Shown in pieces: positions 25,400 to 37,856 of a DNA stretch of 64,000 nt. Position 1 is the stretch's first letter. Every line of letters starts with the position of its first letter. A model generated the notes under the pieces. That model was not told where the DNA came from and searched no databases. It saw nothing but the letters and a program-made list of their open reading frames with translations. This DNA comes from Rhizophagus irregularis (taxonomy: Eukaryota): NCBI RefSeq assembly GCF_026210795.1, contig NC_089432.1, forward strand, positions 3,472,001 through 3,536,000. Reading direction: 5' to 3'. The translations under genes were made by a program, and so were the position numbers.

Positions 25400-27053
25400 T
25401 AATATTACCAATGACAAAAGCTGTTTTGTTGGCTGTAATTAAAAGAATCAAAAGAGAACGATCAAACTTCCCAAGCTGGTTCGGTTATTAATATCGGTTG
25501 GTGCAACTTGAGTTTCTGAATTTTTAAATTTGATAATAAAATACCTTTCTTTGAAATCGACGAATAATTGTGCTCCATGTGCATATAGAAAATTAGTCCC
25601 AACTCCAAAGGATATTCAGATGAAGCGATCATGTGATACTTTTACCATGGTCATTCTTTTATTAAGTCTCACATGATGGATTCTTCTGGGTCAGTAAATA
25701 AACAGTTTATACGAATTCAATACCTCATCGCATATAATGATTTCCTTCGACTATAACATTATTTTCCATAGTATAATTCAGTGACAAGTCTACTATCCTC
25801 CAAGTTATCATCTAATAAGTAGTCATGATTTTTTTCCAACTGCTTATTTTTGATTACTAATGCTAATTTTTTTTCTTTTTTAAATTTGCTTTCTTCTTTT
25901 TTTAGTATTGCTTGACCTAATTTTTTTTTAAAAAAAATCACTCCCACTGCGAATAGTGATAGCTTAAGTTTATTTTTATACTAACAAATCCCCAGTTAAC
26001 GACATTCTTAAGTAGGTGTAATTCTGTTTGGTTTACAGGAATTTGTGTTGTCATAATTTTGCGGATGATCCATACCTCTGGCGCCTCTAGTGTAATTAAC
26101 GCGGCTTCTAATCGAAATCCTAGCAAACAAATCATTTTCCTTACAAATATTAGGAACACCTAAGTTGACCACGGAATCGTGGACTTATCCTCATCTTCCT
26201 CCTCTTCCATCGTCTTAATGCTCTCGGTAATACTTTTAAGTATTTGTCAGAGAGTAAGTACTTTATCCATATTTCCTTATCTTTTTTGCAGTTAGATGGA
26301 ATGTGAGTAAAGAGTACAGTATTCAAATATTTCGTAATAAAATTCTTATATCAATTACCTTGAAATTGGATTCCTGCAATACCAGCTGTCAAATATTCTA
26401 TTCCTAATAAGATGAAAGAACCTAAGAAATTTGTGAATTTGAAGATCAAGACAAGACGCGTTGACTAATTTATTATGACTCACTTACTGGTGGCATCAGG
26501 TTGCTCTATAAAAACACGAATGCGTTCTTTGGGCGGGTTTGACTATAAGAAGCAGGAAAGAAAAGCACGAGATTATGTAAGTATTTGGTATTATTGACAA
26601 ATAATGACAAAAGACGAAAAAAATATAAATTTTTTTATAACTCACCGGTGAGAACGGGCTATTCAAGCAAATGATTACATATTCATTTATTATATAAGAC
26701 ATTATTAGGGAAAAGTAGAAAAAAATCATGTAAATTTAGAATATGATGAAGGTAGTGGATATGGGAAATATTGTGGTCTTGGTCACGATCGTGATGGAGA
26801 AGGATGACAAGACGGAAATTGTGGTGATAGTGGTAGTGCATAATACTCTAACAATGTTTCCTTTGATGCTTCTTCAATGAAGTTAAATTTGTTTTCATCA
26901 TTTCGTCAATAGGAATGGCCTTGATCGATGTTGACTTTCCATAGAGTGAGTTGGAATAACCTCTTTTAGGTCATCGATATCATTTTTGTTTCCTATAGCA
27001 ACTTTAAAAGCAGAACTATTTCCACGAATAAGACACCAAAGTCTGATAAGCAT
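25400..27053 (-). pseudogene. Crinkler (CRN) family pseudogene
   Basis: ATG at 27053: MLIRLWCLIRGNSSAFKVAIGNKNDIDDLKEVI, then after a frameshift QLTLWKVNIDQ. Downstream is heavily decayed and the 3' limit is approximate. 26120-26905 has an inverted paralog at ~43090-44003. Confidence 0.65.
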
Positions 27054-27949
27054 TCCAGAAATTGTAATTGTAGACATTTTGTATGTTTCTATTTGTATGA
27101 CAACAGAGAGGAAAATTTTTTTTTACACAGCCGGTCTCCATTTTGATAGTCAAGTATCACTTTTATCACCCGTAAATTTGTGGTTAACACTAGTGCGATA
27201 ATAAAAAAATGAACCTTTGACCACAAAACCAAAGTATCTAATGACTTAAAGAAAGAAAAAAAATTAGAAACAAAAAGCAAGAGGAAAAAAAGAATAAATA
27301 AGAAGAAATGTACCTTTGATTACAGAAATGCCTTCGTCAATCATTGAAGTCCACAAGTTGCTATTTGAAGAACTCATTAAACCTTTTGACAGTTGACAGT
27401 CATTGCATTGCGCAAGCTTCAAGCAGTGATAACGCAAATTAACAAAGAGCTTGAAGACCTAAAGAAAAAAAAGAAATTAGCAACGAGAAGCAAAAAAAAG
27501 AAATAAAACAAGAAAAAGAAGGAAACGCACCCTTTGCTGCACATAATAAGAAAAAAAAGAAAAAGAAAATTAAAAATAAATTGTTAAAAAATAAGAAACC
27601 AATGATGATTTGATTATTGACGTAATATAATTAAAAAAGAAAAGCAAGGGTAAACGTATAGGGTAACATACTGTAGCTCTATAAATGGAATGAATTGCAT
27701 GGGTTGACGATTAAATCATCTTCCTTCCTTACAATTAAACGTTTTTTTTCTCTTAAACTGACTTGGAGTTTTTTTGGTCTGAGCTCCATTTGTCACCACA
27801 TAATATGTCACCTTTACAAATAACTATGTCCGTTGCGTCAGCCGAGGTCGTTAAAAAGCAGATGTTCTTGAATATATAAAGTCCAAACAAAATGAGTTTG
27901 ATCTTGACGACGAGGATATAAATATAATTATATAATTGAGAAAAATAAG

Positions 27950-29520
27950 GTCGCTGGTCAAGTCTTTATTACTTTGACAGAAGAAAAGCTTTTAGCCCCT
28001 CCGTATAACCTTCTCGGCGGACCAGCTGGAGCAATAGAACTTTTGATCAAGGAACTTATTTGCAAAGTGCAGGGTAAGTGCATTGCATTTCTATTCTCTT
28101 AAACATTGCTTTTCTCGTTGTCTTAGCTTGTTTTACATTTCATTTCAAGTAACGGAATCTCTTCATGAGCTAGAAAAGTCAGAAAAAAGAAGTTTTCAAG
28201 AAAAAAATGATTTACAAACCGCCGAAGCTACATATGCTAATGAACCTCAAAATCATATATCAACTTCCGAAGAAAGTTTTCAAGAAATTAATTTACAACC
28301 CGTTGAAGCTACAAACTCTCAAAATCCTATCAACTTCCGAAGAAAGTTTTCAAGAAATTAATTTACAACCCGCTGTAGCTACAAACTCTCAAAATCCTAT
28401 ACGATTTCTGAGTTCTAAAATTAACATTCACTTACCAGAAAATGCTTCTCAGAAGCTCCGTTACTATGGTAAATATTTGCAAACATTATTTATTTCTTGT
28501 TTATGAAGTACATATTAATTTTTCTCATTTTGGCAGAACTTTGGAACAAACACTACAGTAAATGGCCAAGCCTCAACGAGTTTACAAATCACTTACACAA
28601 TGTCAGCAAAGGTCATGCACATAGTTCGTTTAAAAGAGAGATAGCTGTTTTAAAAAAGCTGTTTGCGGAGGAACATCCCGCTCAGTTACGTCTTGCACAT
28701 CTGGAGGGCCAACTAAAGGTAGTGTAGAAGAAACAGTCAGCGGACCGATTATCTACACAGGCTGTGTGCTTGTTAGCGAGCTGGTGCTTGTTAGCAGGGT
28801 GTTTCCCTCTTTGTTTAGGTTATTTCCGAAGGGATTTCGTGTCTGGTTGCATTTTATCATTTTGGAGAAAATAAGTGGGGTGTGTCCTCATTTACAAGTT
28901 GCGTGCTTGAGGGCAAGGTGTATCCTTGTTTGCAGGGTGCGACCTTGTTTTACTATCTCCTGGCAGGGGTTTATTACCTCAAGCAGGGTGTATCCTCGTT
29001 CGTTCTGATAAAAGTGCAACGTTTCAGGCTGTTTTATGGACCTTATGAGTAACTTAACGTGTTTATATGGTTGTTCTATACTAATTAATTAAATTGCCAT
29101 TCAGATGAAACAGATGCCACGAATTTTAATGAAGGTTCAAAGAAGAAAAATAGCAAAAGTATCCAAAATGTTCACCAAGCAAGTTGTTGTGAAAAATGAA
29201 CTGGAAATCCTGTCCGCAAAGCAAGAGGCTATGAAAAAAGAATTGGAAATCTTGTCCACTAAGAAAGATGCTGTGAAAAAGGAACTGGAAGTTGCACAGG
29301 TTATATTTCTTTTTGGTTTCACTATGTTTATGGTCATACTTGAAATTCATCTTGCCAATATTTTAATATTTAGGATTCTGTAATTCTCGGTGCGTATCAC
29401 CGTATCAATGATCATTATAATAACTACCACAAAGCCAGTACATTATTGCTTAAGCGTAAACTGTTTGAAAATGGTAATGATACGGATGTTAAATTGTCCA
29501 AAAAAAACCGCGAATCATGA
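27950..29520 (+). CDS. multi-exon hypothetical gene or pseudogene
   Basis: Exon-like segments bounded by AG/GT: ~28150-28469, 28538-28719 (ELWNKHYSKWPSLNEF...LEGQLK), 29105-29300 (coiled-coil repeat). Start and end uncertain. Confidence 0.4.
28188..28400. repeat. ~70-80-bp tandem repeat x3 (EESFQEINLQP..EAT)
   Basis: GAAGAAAGTTTTCAAGAAATTAATTTACAACCCG recurs at 28269 and 28339, with a diverged copy at ~28188. Confidence 0.8.
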
Positions 29521-30430
29521 ACCGAAATTAACCTAGTTTTTTTTTAGTTTTTTATTTTTATCATGTATTGTTTTCGTGTTCTTTCAATTTATTATAAAAA
29601 ATAAAGTTTTCACTAGCAAGTTTTTGAAGCAAATCAAGCGCGATGTGAACTAGAAAATTTATAAACTTTTTAATAACATTTGTGGGGTGAGAATAATTCG
29701 ATGGGACAATTGACACAACGGGTAAATATTTCCGCGAAAAAATAAAAATGTTTATATGCCGGTCTCGTATACATAATAGCGTTTGCTCTATTGTACGGGA
29801 TGACAATCACAGATCGAAATTTTTCTTGTATCCCGTTCCCGATCAGAGTTACACAAAATTTTCCGATCACCCTGAAATGCGCAGAAGATATTCGGTAAAA
29901 TTCTTGCCGAAGAATAGGGGCTGTGCGACGTAAGATTTGCATATATATATTTCGCATCTGAGTTGATTTGCGATTATTTCGTGTCATGTCTCCAGTTCAC
30001 GCTAGTATCATACTAAGAAAACAATATTCGAAAATAGTCACCATCACCATCGCCATCATCATCATCAGCACTACCGTCATCATTATTATTAATAATTATT
30101 ACCACCATCATATCGTTCTGACTTTTTTTTACCATTTGACTCGTTACGTTATATTTTCATTTAATTCGCAATCAACAGGTTACAAAATTTGGTCTACAAC
30201 CTTAAATTCATCATTAAATATTCTGTTAAGTTGTTCTAAAATTGATGTGCTGCCACCCAACAAGTAGTAATATATGGGAAGTTGTAATTTTCGCGAAGTT
30301 GAGACATATGAAATATACAGGTTGCGATGTATTTTTTGGCAAACCTTATTTCGCATATGGGATTTGGAGATGCGTATGCTAATCCTTCGTCATTTTACGA
30401 AATTACGAAATTACGAAATGCAATGCGTAA

Positions 30431-31015
30431 TTGCTAGTGAAGATCCGGGATTACTTTAATATAAAACAAGCTGGGCATTTTTTTGCTCAAGTTTCTTTAC
30501 CCTACGTGAAAAGTGAAACGAGACAGTACGAATCACAAATCATAGCTCTCTCAATAAATAATCTCAAATCAGCACCTGGAACTCTTGCTACAGATGTCCA
30601 AGTTCCGAAAGTGGATCCGTGTTTGTTGTATGGAGAAGAACTACTTTCGAATTCGTCTGATCCGATCAAAGAATTTACCCTAGCTTCATGTGGTCACATC
30701 TTTCACCAGAAGTGCCTCGAGAAAAATCTTGTGAGTGGTGAAGTGATATGTCCGAATAAGGAGTGTAACAAAGCTATAGAAACTTTTCTCTCTCCGGATC
30801 TTTTTAAGGAGGGAAAAGGAGGTGGGTTACAAAAGTCTACAAAAGCATCCGCGGATGAAACGAACATCACTACTACAGAAATGGTTAATACAACTGCTTC
30901 CACTGACGCTACAGCCATACAAATAGATTCGGAAAATCAACTTCCATGGATGACAATAATGATCCATCGGAACCGGGGAGTCATGCGGAACGAAATCTAC
31001 CAAAACTTCTCTTGA
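30431..31015 (+). pseudogene. RING-H2 finger protein (degenerate)
   Basis: DPCLLYGEE...LASCGHIFHQKCLE...CPNKEC. The second Cys position is Tyr (TAT at 30629-30631). No ATG start; C-terminus appears frameshifted. Confidence 0.7.
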
Positions 31016-31286
31016 TCAGGCTCATGAGACGGACTTGGATAATCTAAGCAATATGCGCAGTGAATACGCAGTGAATACGTCATGATTTTTTTCCCGATGG
31101 CCATTTATGTAACGTTTTTAGGTGTTCCGAAATGATCATTTGACAATAGGAAATATCGCAATGATCTCTCATGAAATGATGTTTGAGTCATTTATTAGGC
31201 GTAGCGATTAACAGGTTTGTTGTGAGAAAGGGCGTATTGAAAATTGAATTATAAATACGTAGATTATGGGTAATCTTTACAGAATC

Positions 31287-31970
31287 ATGGTAGATATTAA
31301 TTTACTTTACCGTCTCTTGACGCAGATGCTAAAGAATCTCCAATTAATGTAATTAATGGCAACACCAGTGATCATATTGATGACCTCAAAGAAAAAATTT
31401 ACGAAGAAGTTAAAAAGAAACATAATGATTTCTTAGACATTGAAGCAGAAGACTTAAGGTTATGGAAGGTAGAAATCAATAATAGCAGTGATGATGAATT
31501 TTCAAGTCTTGTTCTGAAAAACGATAATACGAAAAATATAACTAAGCTTCGGGGAACAATTAGAGAATTTTGGGATGATGATGAAAAGCGTCCAAAAGTA
31601 GGATGTACTCATATTATTGTTGATTCGCTACGTTTAGTCGAGAGACGAAAAATGGATAACCATATTCAGGATCAAGGCGAAGGATTGAACTTATTAATTG
31701 GTCAGTTACGAGAAATGGGGCTACAAAATCCGGGTAGGCCAGATATTTAGATTTTACATTATTTAATAAATTCAGACATTTTTTCACGACGCAACATGAT
31801 AAACTTGCAACTGATAATTTAATAGAACATCAAGATTTAGATAATCACAAAATCTTCGAAAAAACTTTACGATTTTGTTGTGCTCTTTTAACAAATGGAC
31901 AAGCATGGTTGCAAGAGATAGTTATTAGGTGATGTCACTAATGGTAGATCGATTAAAGAGGGAACGAGAG
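31287..31970 (+). pseudogene. Crinkler (CRN) N-terminal domain pseudogene
   Basis: MVDINLLY, then after a frameshift ...IDDLKEKIY...AEDLRLWKVEI...CTHIIVD..., followed by an intron donor at ~31734. Not in the ORF track. Confidence 0.75.
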
Positions 31971-32870
31971 TTAAAATTACATAATTAATTTAGTTTTTCT
32001 TTAGTTAATGTATAGTATTTAGATAGATCGGTTAGTTATAGAGGATAATATAATTTATTTATATTATTTTCTAGGTGTTTGTGTAATTATGTAATATTTT
32101 TGTTTACGGGGTATCCCGATTTTTATTGTATGCAAAGTTTTAAAATTATATTATTCTAATTAAAAAGCTAGCTACAAATTTGCTGTACACAAAGCAGATA
32201 GCCACTAGCCAATAGCATATGGCCTAGATCACAATTTTGAATGATTTTAAAATAGAATAAAAATAAAAAAATTTTTTATTTTTTGTGATCGTAAAATAAC
32301 AGCTCATTAATTAAGCATCAATATTCCTAAATAATAAACAATTTTATTGCGCTGCGAGATTTTTTAAATTAGTCGTTGGGGCTTATCAATTACCTTTTTT
32401 CGGATTTAATTTCTTTTTTTTTCTGACACGTCATAAATCCATTAGTTAAAAAAAATTTTTTTTTTTTCTCACATTTTTGCATTACAAATTTTTTTTAACT
32501 ATAAAATAAGACCCAATTTCGCAAGGTGGGAGGGTGGGCGCTATTATTTCACCCAAAGTATTTCCTTAAACGTATGAGTAGATCGTGACCAAAAAAGAGT
32601 ATTTATTGCAAGTGTTTTAGTAGTTTAAAAATCTTTGGATGGGAACTTCACGGAATACATACATATGCGCGGATCTTAACTCTAACCCCAATTTTTAAGA
32701 CGTAACCCCAAATGACGGTCATGTTAAATTGGATATGGTAACACTACATCAAACCATTTTATTGGTCGATCTAATCTGTAACACAAATTTCATGCAAAAA
32801 AAAAAAATTCACGAAACTTTGTAAAATAATTACGCGGTTTAAAAAATTATTCCTAGCTTCTAATTTGCAA

Positions 32871-35138
32871 ATGTCTGACACACAAGAAATTCATAATTAC
32901 CCCTTTGACTCAATTATTAATTTTAAAAAATCAGGACATAGTTTTTCATATAAAATTATAAAAGAAGGAACGTATCCTAATAAATCTTTATTAGCGTACA
33001 CTCTTCCTCCTAATAAATATCGAATCCCTGATGATTATATGGTAGAAACAACTTGGGGTAGAAGTAATAATCGATGTGTTGTTCAGTGTTTTATTAATTA
33101 CATTGATAATAAACCAGTTTTTCAAATCTGGTTTGGAAAGTGTTTTGAACATGTAGTATCTTCAGTTAGAAGTGCGACGGATGTTACAAATTTATTTCAT
33201 AAAGTTTGTACACTAAATTATTTTTTTTTAGTTTTTCTATTTTTTTCTATTTATAAATTAACTTTAAAATATTTATTTCAGGAATATACATCTTTAAAAA
33301 AAACAAAAACATCAGGAATTTATTTGTTTGGTCTTCATCTCAAAACATTAGAAATGGCAAGAGAAGGCAAGCGACGTGCACATATATTAAAACCAATTGA
33401 CCAATGTGGAAATTCCACCCTTACAAAACGTGCTATGAGTATTGGAAAACATATATTAGCTGAATTCAACGAAAAAACACAGAAGCTATATAATTTGGAA
33501 GACGTACCAGCATTGGAAAGTATATGTTATTCTGTTAATAAAAAACATACTTTTAATATCAGTTACGAGAATGAAGATAAAACTAAAAAAAAACAAAAAC
33601 TTGAATCAATAGTTAGAGCATTAGATGAAGGCAATATTCCAAGAGATTCTTATAGACGTCTATGTGCTATAGAATATAACCTACCACGTGAAGGAGAAAT
33701 ATCTAAAGAACGTATAAATATAAATGAAATAATGGTCCAGCTCATACCAATAACAATAGTAGATATAAATACTAAAAGTCAAGTGGATGAATCCGAAGGA
33801 GTAGATATAGATGATGAATCTATAACACAAGAAGTAATTAATGCAGTTGGTAAAGGTGGCTATAGAAATATTAATAATATATTGTATTATTTGGTTCCTA
33901 ACCTTGTTCAAAAAGGCATCTTGAATCCAGATCAGCCCATAATTAATCTTCGAATCTCTGGAGATGGGTGAAACGTAGGAAGGAAAGTAAAACATGTAAT
34001 CATCACAGTGGCTATTTTAGATGATAAAAATACTTCACACAAACCAGATCATCATTATACGACCATACTCTATCCTGGATGTGAAGATTACAACTCTCTA
34101 TCAAATGCAATGACCCAATTCTGCCATGATCTAAGAAATTTAAAAGAAGGACTGGTAATTGATAATGTAAAGTGGAATTTTCAATTTTATTTTTCGTCTG
34201 ACTGGAAGTTCTTAGCAATCTGTTTGGGTTTTAATAGCGCTCATAGTAAAAATTTCTGCCCTTGGTGTACAATTGATAAATCACAACAAGGAGATCTATC
34301 AAAAGAATGGAAGATTAATAAAGAAATAGATAAGTTAGTTGAACAAAATAATTACTATAAAGGACATATAAGAAAACCACTTTTTGATATGATACCTCTT
34401 AATCACTGGGTTCCTGATGAATTGCACATTATGCTTAGAATTACTGATCGTTTATGGAGTCTTGTGATAGCAGAATTAACAGAATATGGTTTGTTTAATG
34501 ATACTGCACGAAAGATAATTGTAGAGGAAATGAAAAGAATTAAAGTTAAGTTTCAATTCTGGCAAATTCAAGAATCTAAAACTTGGAGCTACACATCATT
34601 AATGGGAAATGATAAGATCAAAGTATTACAATTCTTTGATTTATCAAAAATTCTTTTAAGATAACGCGCTAATATGATACGAAATCTATGGAATAAATTT
34701 TATGAACTCTACATAAAAATGAAGGACCAAAAAACAAATGCTGAAGAATTTCAAAATGATGCAAAGAATTGGCTTACTTTATTCTTAACGCCATCTGAAG
34801 GTATTCCAAATACTCAAGGATTCAAAAAAGGTCTTTATAAACCTAATGATATGACACCTTACATTCATGTGTTAGTCCATCACGTTTCTGAATTTATGAC
34901 AATTCATCAAAAATGGGGATTAAAGTCATTTTCATGTAGTGCAGTGGAAAAAAAAAATCATCAGCAAGTTTCTTATTTTTTTCGTAAAACAATGAAAGAT
35001 GGAGGTAGAAAATCCAAGTCATCAGCAATTATTGAGATCTTAGAACATGAAAATCGATCTCTTTTTTACAATTACCATAATGTTTCCTTAAACTCTCAAA
35101 AACCTCATAAAATTCATATTAAAGCTGAAAATAATTAG
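32871..35138 (+). pseudogene. RAG1/Transib/Chapaev-like DDE transposase (~729 codons, intron 33204-33281, two nonsense codons)
   Basis: Three track ORFs share one frame, separated only by TGA at 33969-33971 and TAA at 34662-34664. Motifs ISGDG, SSDWKF-..-FCPWC, PDELH, TPYIHVLVHHV and SAVEKKN match the order and spacing of RAG1 core motifs. Confidence 0.85.
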
Positions 35139-35194
35139 AATGAAAATGCTTAATATACTTTGATACTGTTTTTTTCGTGTTCAAATAATCTATT

Positions 35195-35888
35195 TTATTC
35201 AATCATAGCCTGGCTATTGTAAAAATGAAAATAAATGTGACCTGCGTGAGTGAAATTACCATTAAAATCAGTATTTTTTTGTTTTTTCCATTCTACTACT
35301 AATTGACCACGTATGCATTTTGGTTTGCGTAATTTTTTAATTGTTTCATAAGTTAATGCAGCTGTAATAGGATTTTCGTCTCCATCTTCAATATTATTGT
35401 CATCATCACAAAGTACAACATAAGTACATTGCCGTTGATCGTAAAATTTAGTCTCCCAACCTTTCATCTCTAGAATATTTGCTAATATTTGATTTGATGA
35501 ACCTTTACGAAATATACACTTGTAAATACCCTTTGTAGCAGAGTAGTAATGTATATAGTTTTTAAATACTGCATAAAACTGACTTTCAGTAGCGGGAATA
35601 GAAACTGTTTGTTTTCCTAATTGCCTATATCCTTTTGGTAATCTTTTGCGAATATAGTGAACTAAGATGGCTTTAAATTGGTGTACGGTATTATCAGGTA
35701 AAGCATCAATATCTGGATGTAAAGAGTTGTATTTTATAATAGTATTTAAATGTCTAGTCAATCCCCCCTTTTTTAAACAGTTTCCCGCATATATTACATT
35801 CAAATTTTGAATCATTAGTTGTTAGAGTTGTTATTTGAGTTGTTGTTGAAGGTGGAAGAGCACCGGTAGAAACTACAGCTTGATTCAT
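35195..35888 (-). pseudogene. zinc-finger-containing partner gene convergent with the transposase
   Basis: ATG at 35888: MNQAVV...SKFECNICGKLF, a frameshift in the A/G run at ~35763-35775, then KGGLTRHLNTIIKY and a ~190-aa domain. Upstream intron at ~35899-36097. Confidence 0.7.
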
Positions 35889-37856
35889 ATTACCATACCT
35901 AAAATATAAAAAAAAACACTTTATTAATTAAAAATATTAAACACTGTTGTAAACTTTATTCAAATTAATATGCGAAATTTACAAATAACAAAAATTTTAC
36001 AAGCAAACTACTTTTGAATTACTAAATGTAGTTTAAATAAAGTTAAAAAATATTTTTTTGTATATAGAAATAGAATAGTACACTCAACATAATTTACCTT
36101 TGAAGGAGATTGGTTTCGTAGGGAGGAGATTGGTTTGACGCGATAGTTACTATTAAATTTTTTTTTTTAGGGTTTTTCGGTGAGAGAGTCTAACGCTTGA
36201 CATATGATTGTTGTGTAACATTTACGATGGTCACATGCAATTTTAATAGTAATTTGGGGCCTTAATTTTGGTCCAATTCCGATAATAAGCCGATATGATA
36301 TAAAAATAAATAACTAATTACTTAAATAACATTTGCGTTACAAGACTTGTTTTCGGATCATACAAATAGAGATCAGGCCAGTAAAAAAATTCAAGTCCCT
36401 CAGAAACATAATAAAAAACATAAACAGGTCAGCACGTGATGATGTGACAAAAACATCACAGGGGTGGTGTGGTAAGATAATTCCTTGTTTTCTATCCTAC
36501 GATAATTAACCAATAAAGTATGTTCGTTAAGATTTAATATACTATAACGATTGTTACCAGTACTAGTATTTAATAACACATCAGAAACTGTCACAGTAAA
36601 AGTGCTGTAGCTGCCCTAAAACATAATTAATTTTTATGAGTATGAAGACAACCAGAAATCATAATCTGCAGTTGCGCTCCTTAATGACATGCGATAACTG
36701 ATAATAAATATAATAGAATTAAAATAATCACTATAAAAACAGATTATAAATAATAATACCAATGATCGCATCAGATAATTTTACCGCAGGTCAGTCCATG
36801 ACTCTGTGTGACAGGCTTACGTAAGTGCAAACTTATAAATGGATTTTCCCCGTTTTTTGACTTTTTTTTTTATTAAAAAAAATTTTTTTTTTATAATTGC
36901 ACTAAGTTACTGACTGTTAAAGTTCTTAATAGATATTAAAATTTTCCTTATTCCTTAATTTCACATTTTAAACACTTTTAAAGTGAGTATTTGTTACGAA
37001 ACCAATACAAATTCTGTAACAAGATTTCTTTGGAAAAGATTTTCTAGCTTCCTTCAGATAAAAAATATCTTTCTTTGGATTTTTGAAACACAAAATTATT
37101 CTTATTCTTGAAATTTCATTAACTTAGATACACTTTCATTTTTGGAATATAAATTAGATACTAGCTCAAATTTTGATACTTAGAGATACAATAAAATCAG
37201 TTATGATGGAAGCAACAGATCCTTCAGAAGAAATCAAAAAAATTTTGCTCAAGTCAAAGGTGATGTTGCTAAAGTCAAAGCTAGCATTAGTAAACAAATT
37301 CAATGCTTGGTAATCAATTTGAGATTTTTGTATGATATGAAATTGCAAAAGAGTTCAGTCAACATTATGCAGAAAGTTTTGACCTGTTTGACCTATATGG
37401 AGTAGTACAACTTGCTTTTACAAAAGAGAGACTTCCAGGTGAAAGTCGACAATATTATACCCAAGCTTATCTATTAGAACGTCATGTTCACAACTTGACC
37501 AACAAAATTTATGTAAGTAGTAGCTATAGCTAGATGGATCAGATTAATGAAAGCTAATATTTTTGTATATTTTTATAAGGAATGATACTCTCTTAAAACA
37601 TATAAAGAAAGCAGAGCAAATTCTTCAAAATGTATTTTACAAGAAAGATAATGAAATTAACTTGGAAATCCTACCTCAACTTCATAAAGTTAAAACTATT
37701 TTGAATGAATATGATGAACCATTGGAGAAAGCTACAGAGGATAACTTTGTTGATCTTGATTCAATCTTATTTGTGCCTAATTATCAAGGCAATTACAAAT
37801 TTCAACAACACTGGTTGATGAAATGGGTAGGTAACATATTTCAAGTTTCTACTATT

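Larger units (their letters stand above)
32221..36379 (+). mobile_element. putative two-gene DNA transposon encoding a RAG1/Transib/Chapaev-like transposase
   Basis: Candidate imperfect TIRs GGCCTAGATCACAATTTTGAATGAT (32221-32245) and the reverse complement of 36357-36379 (GGCCTGATCTCTATTTGTATGAT), 20/25 aligned. No TSD seen, so the ends are tentative. Confidence 0.55.

Noticed and set aside
32203..32614. CAC...GTG pair (CACTAGCCAATA / TATTGCAAGTG) as Transib/RSS ends
   Set aside because: No TSD, it would exclude the transposase, and similarity to other repeat copies continues past the GTG.
35195..35888. RAG2-like identity for the convergent partner gene
   Set aside because: Too short for a six-bladed kelch propeller; no kelch repeats or PHD pattern seen. 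It has a zinc-finger-like start instead.
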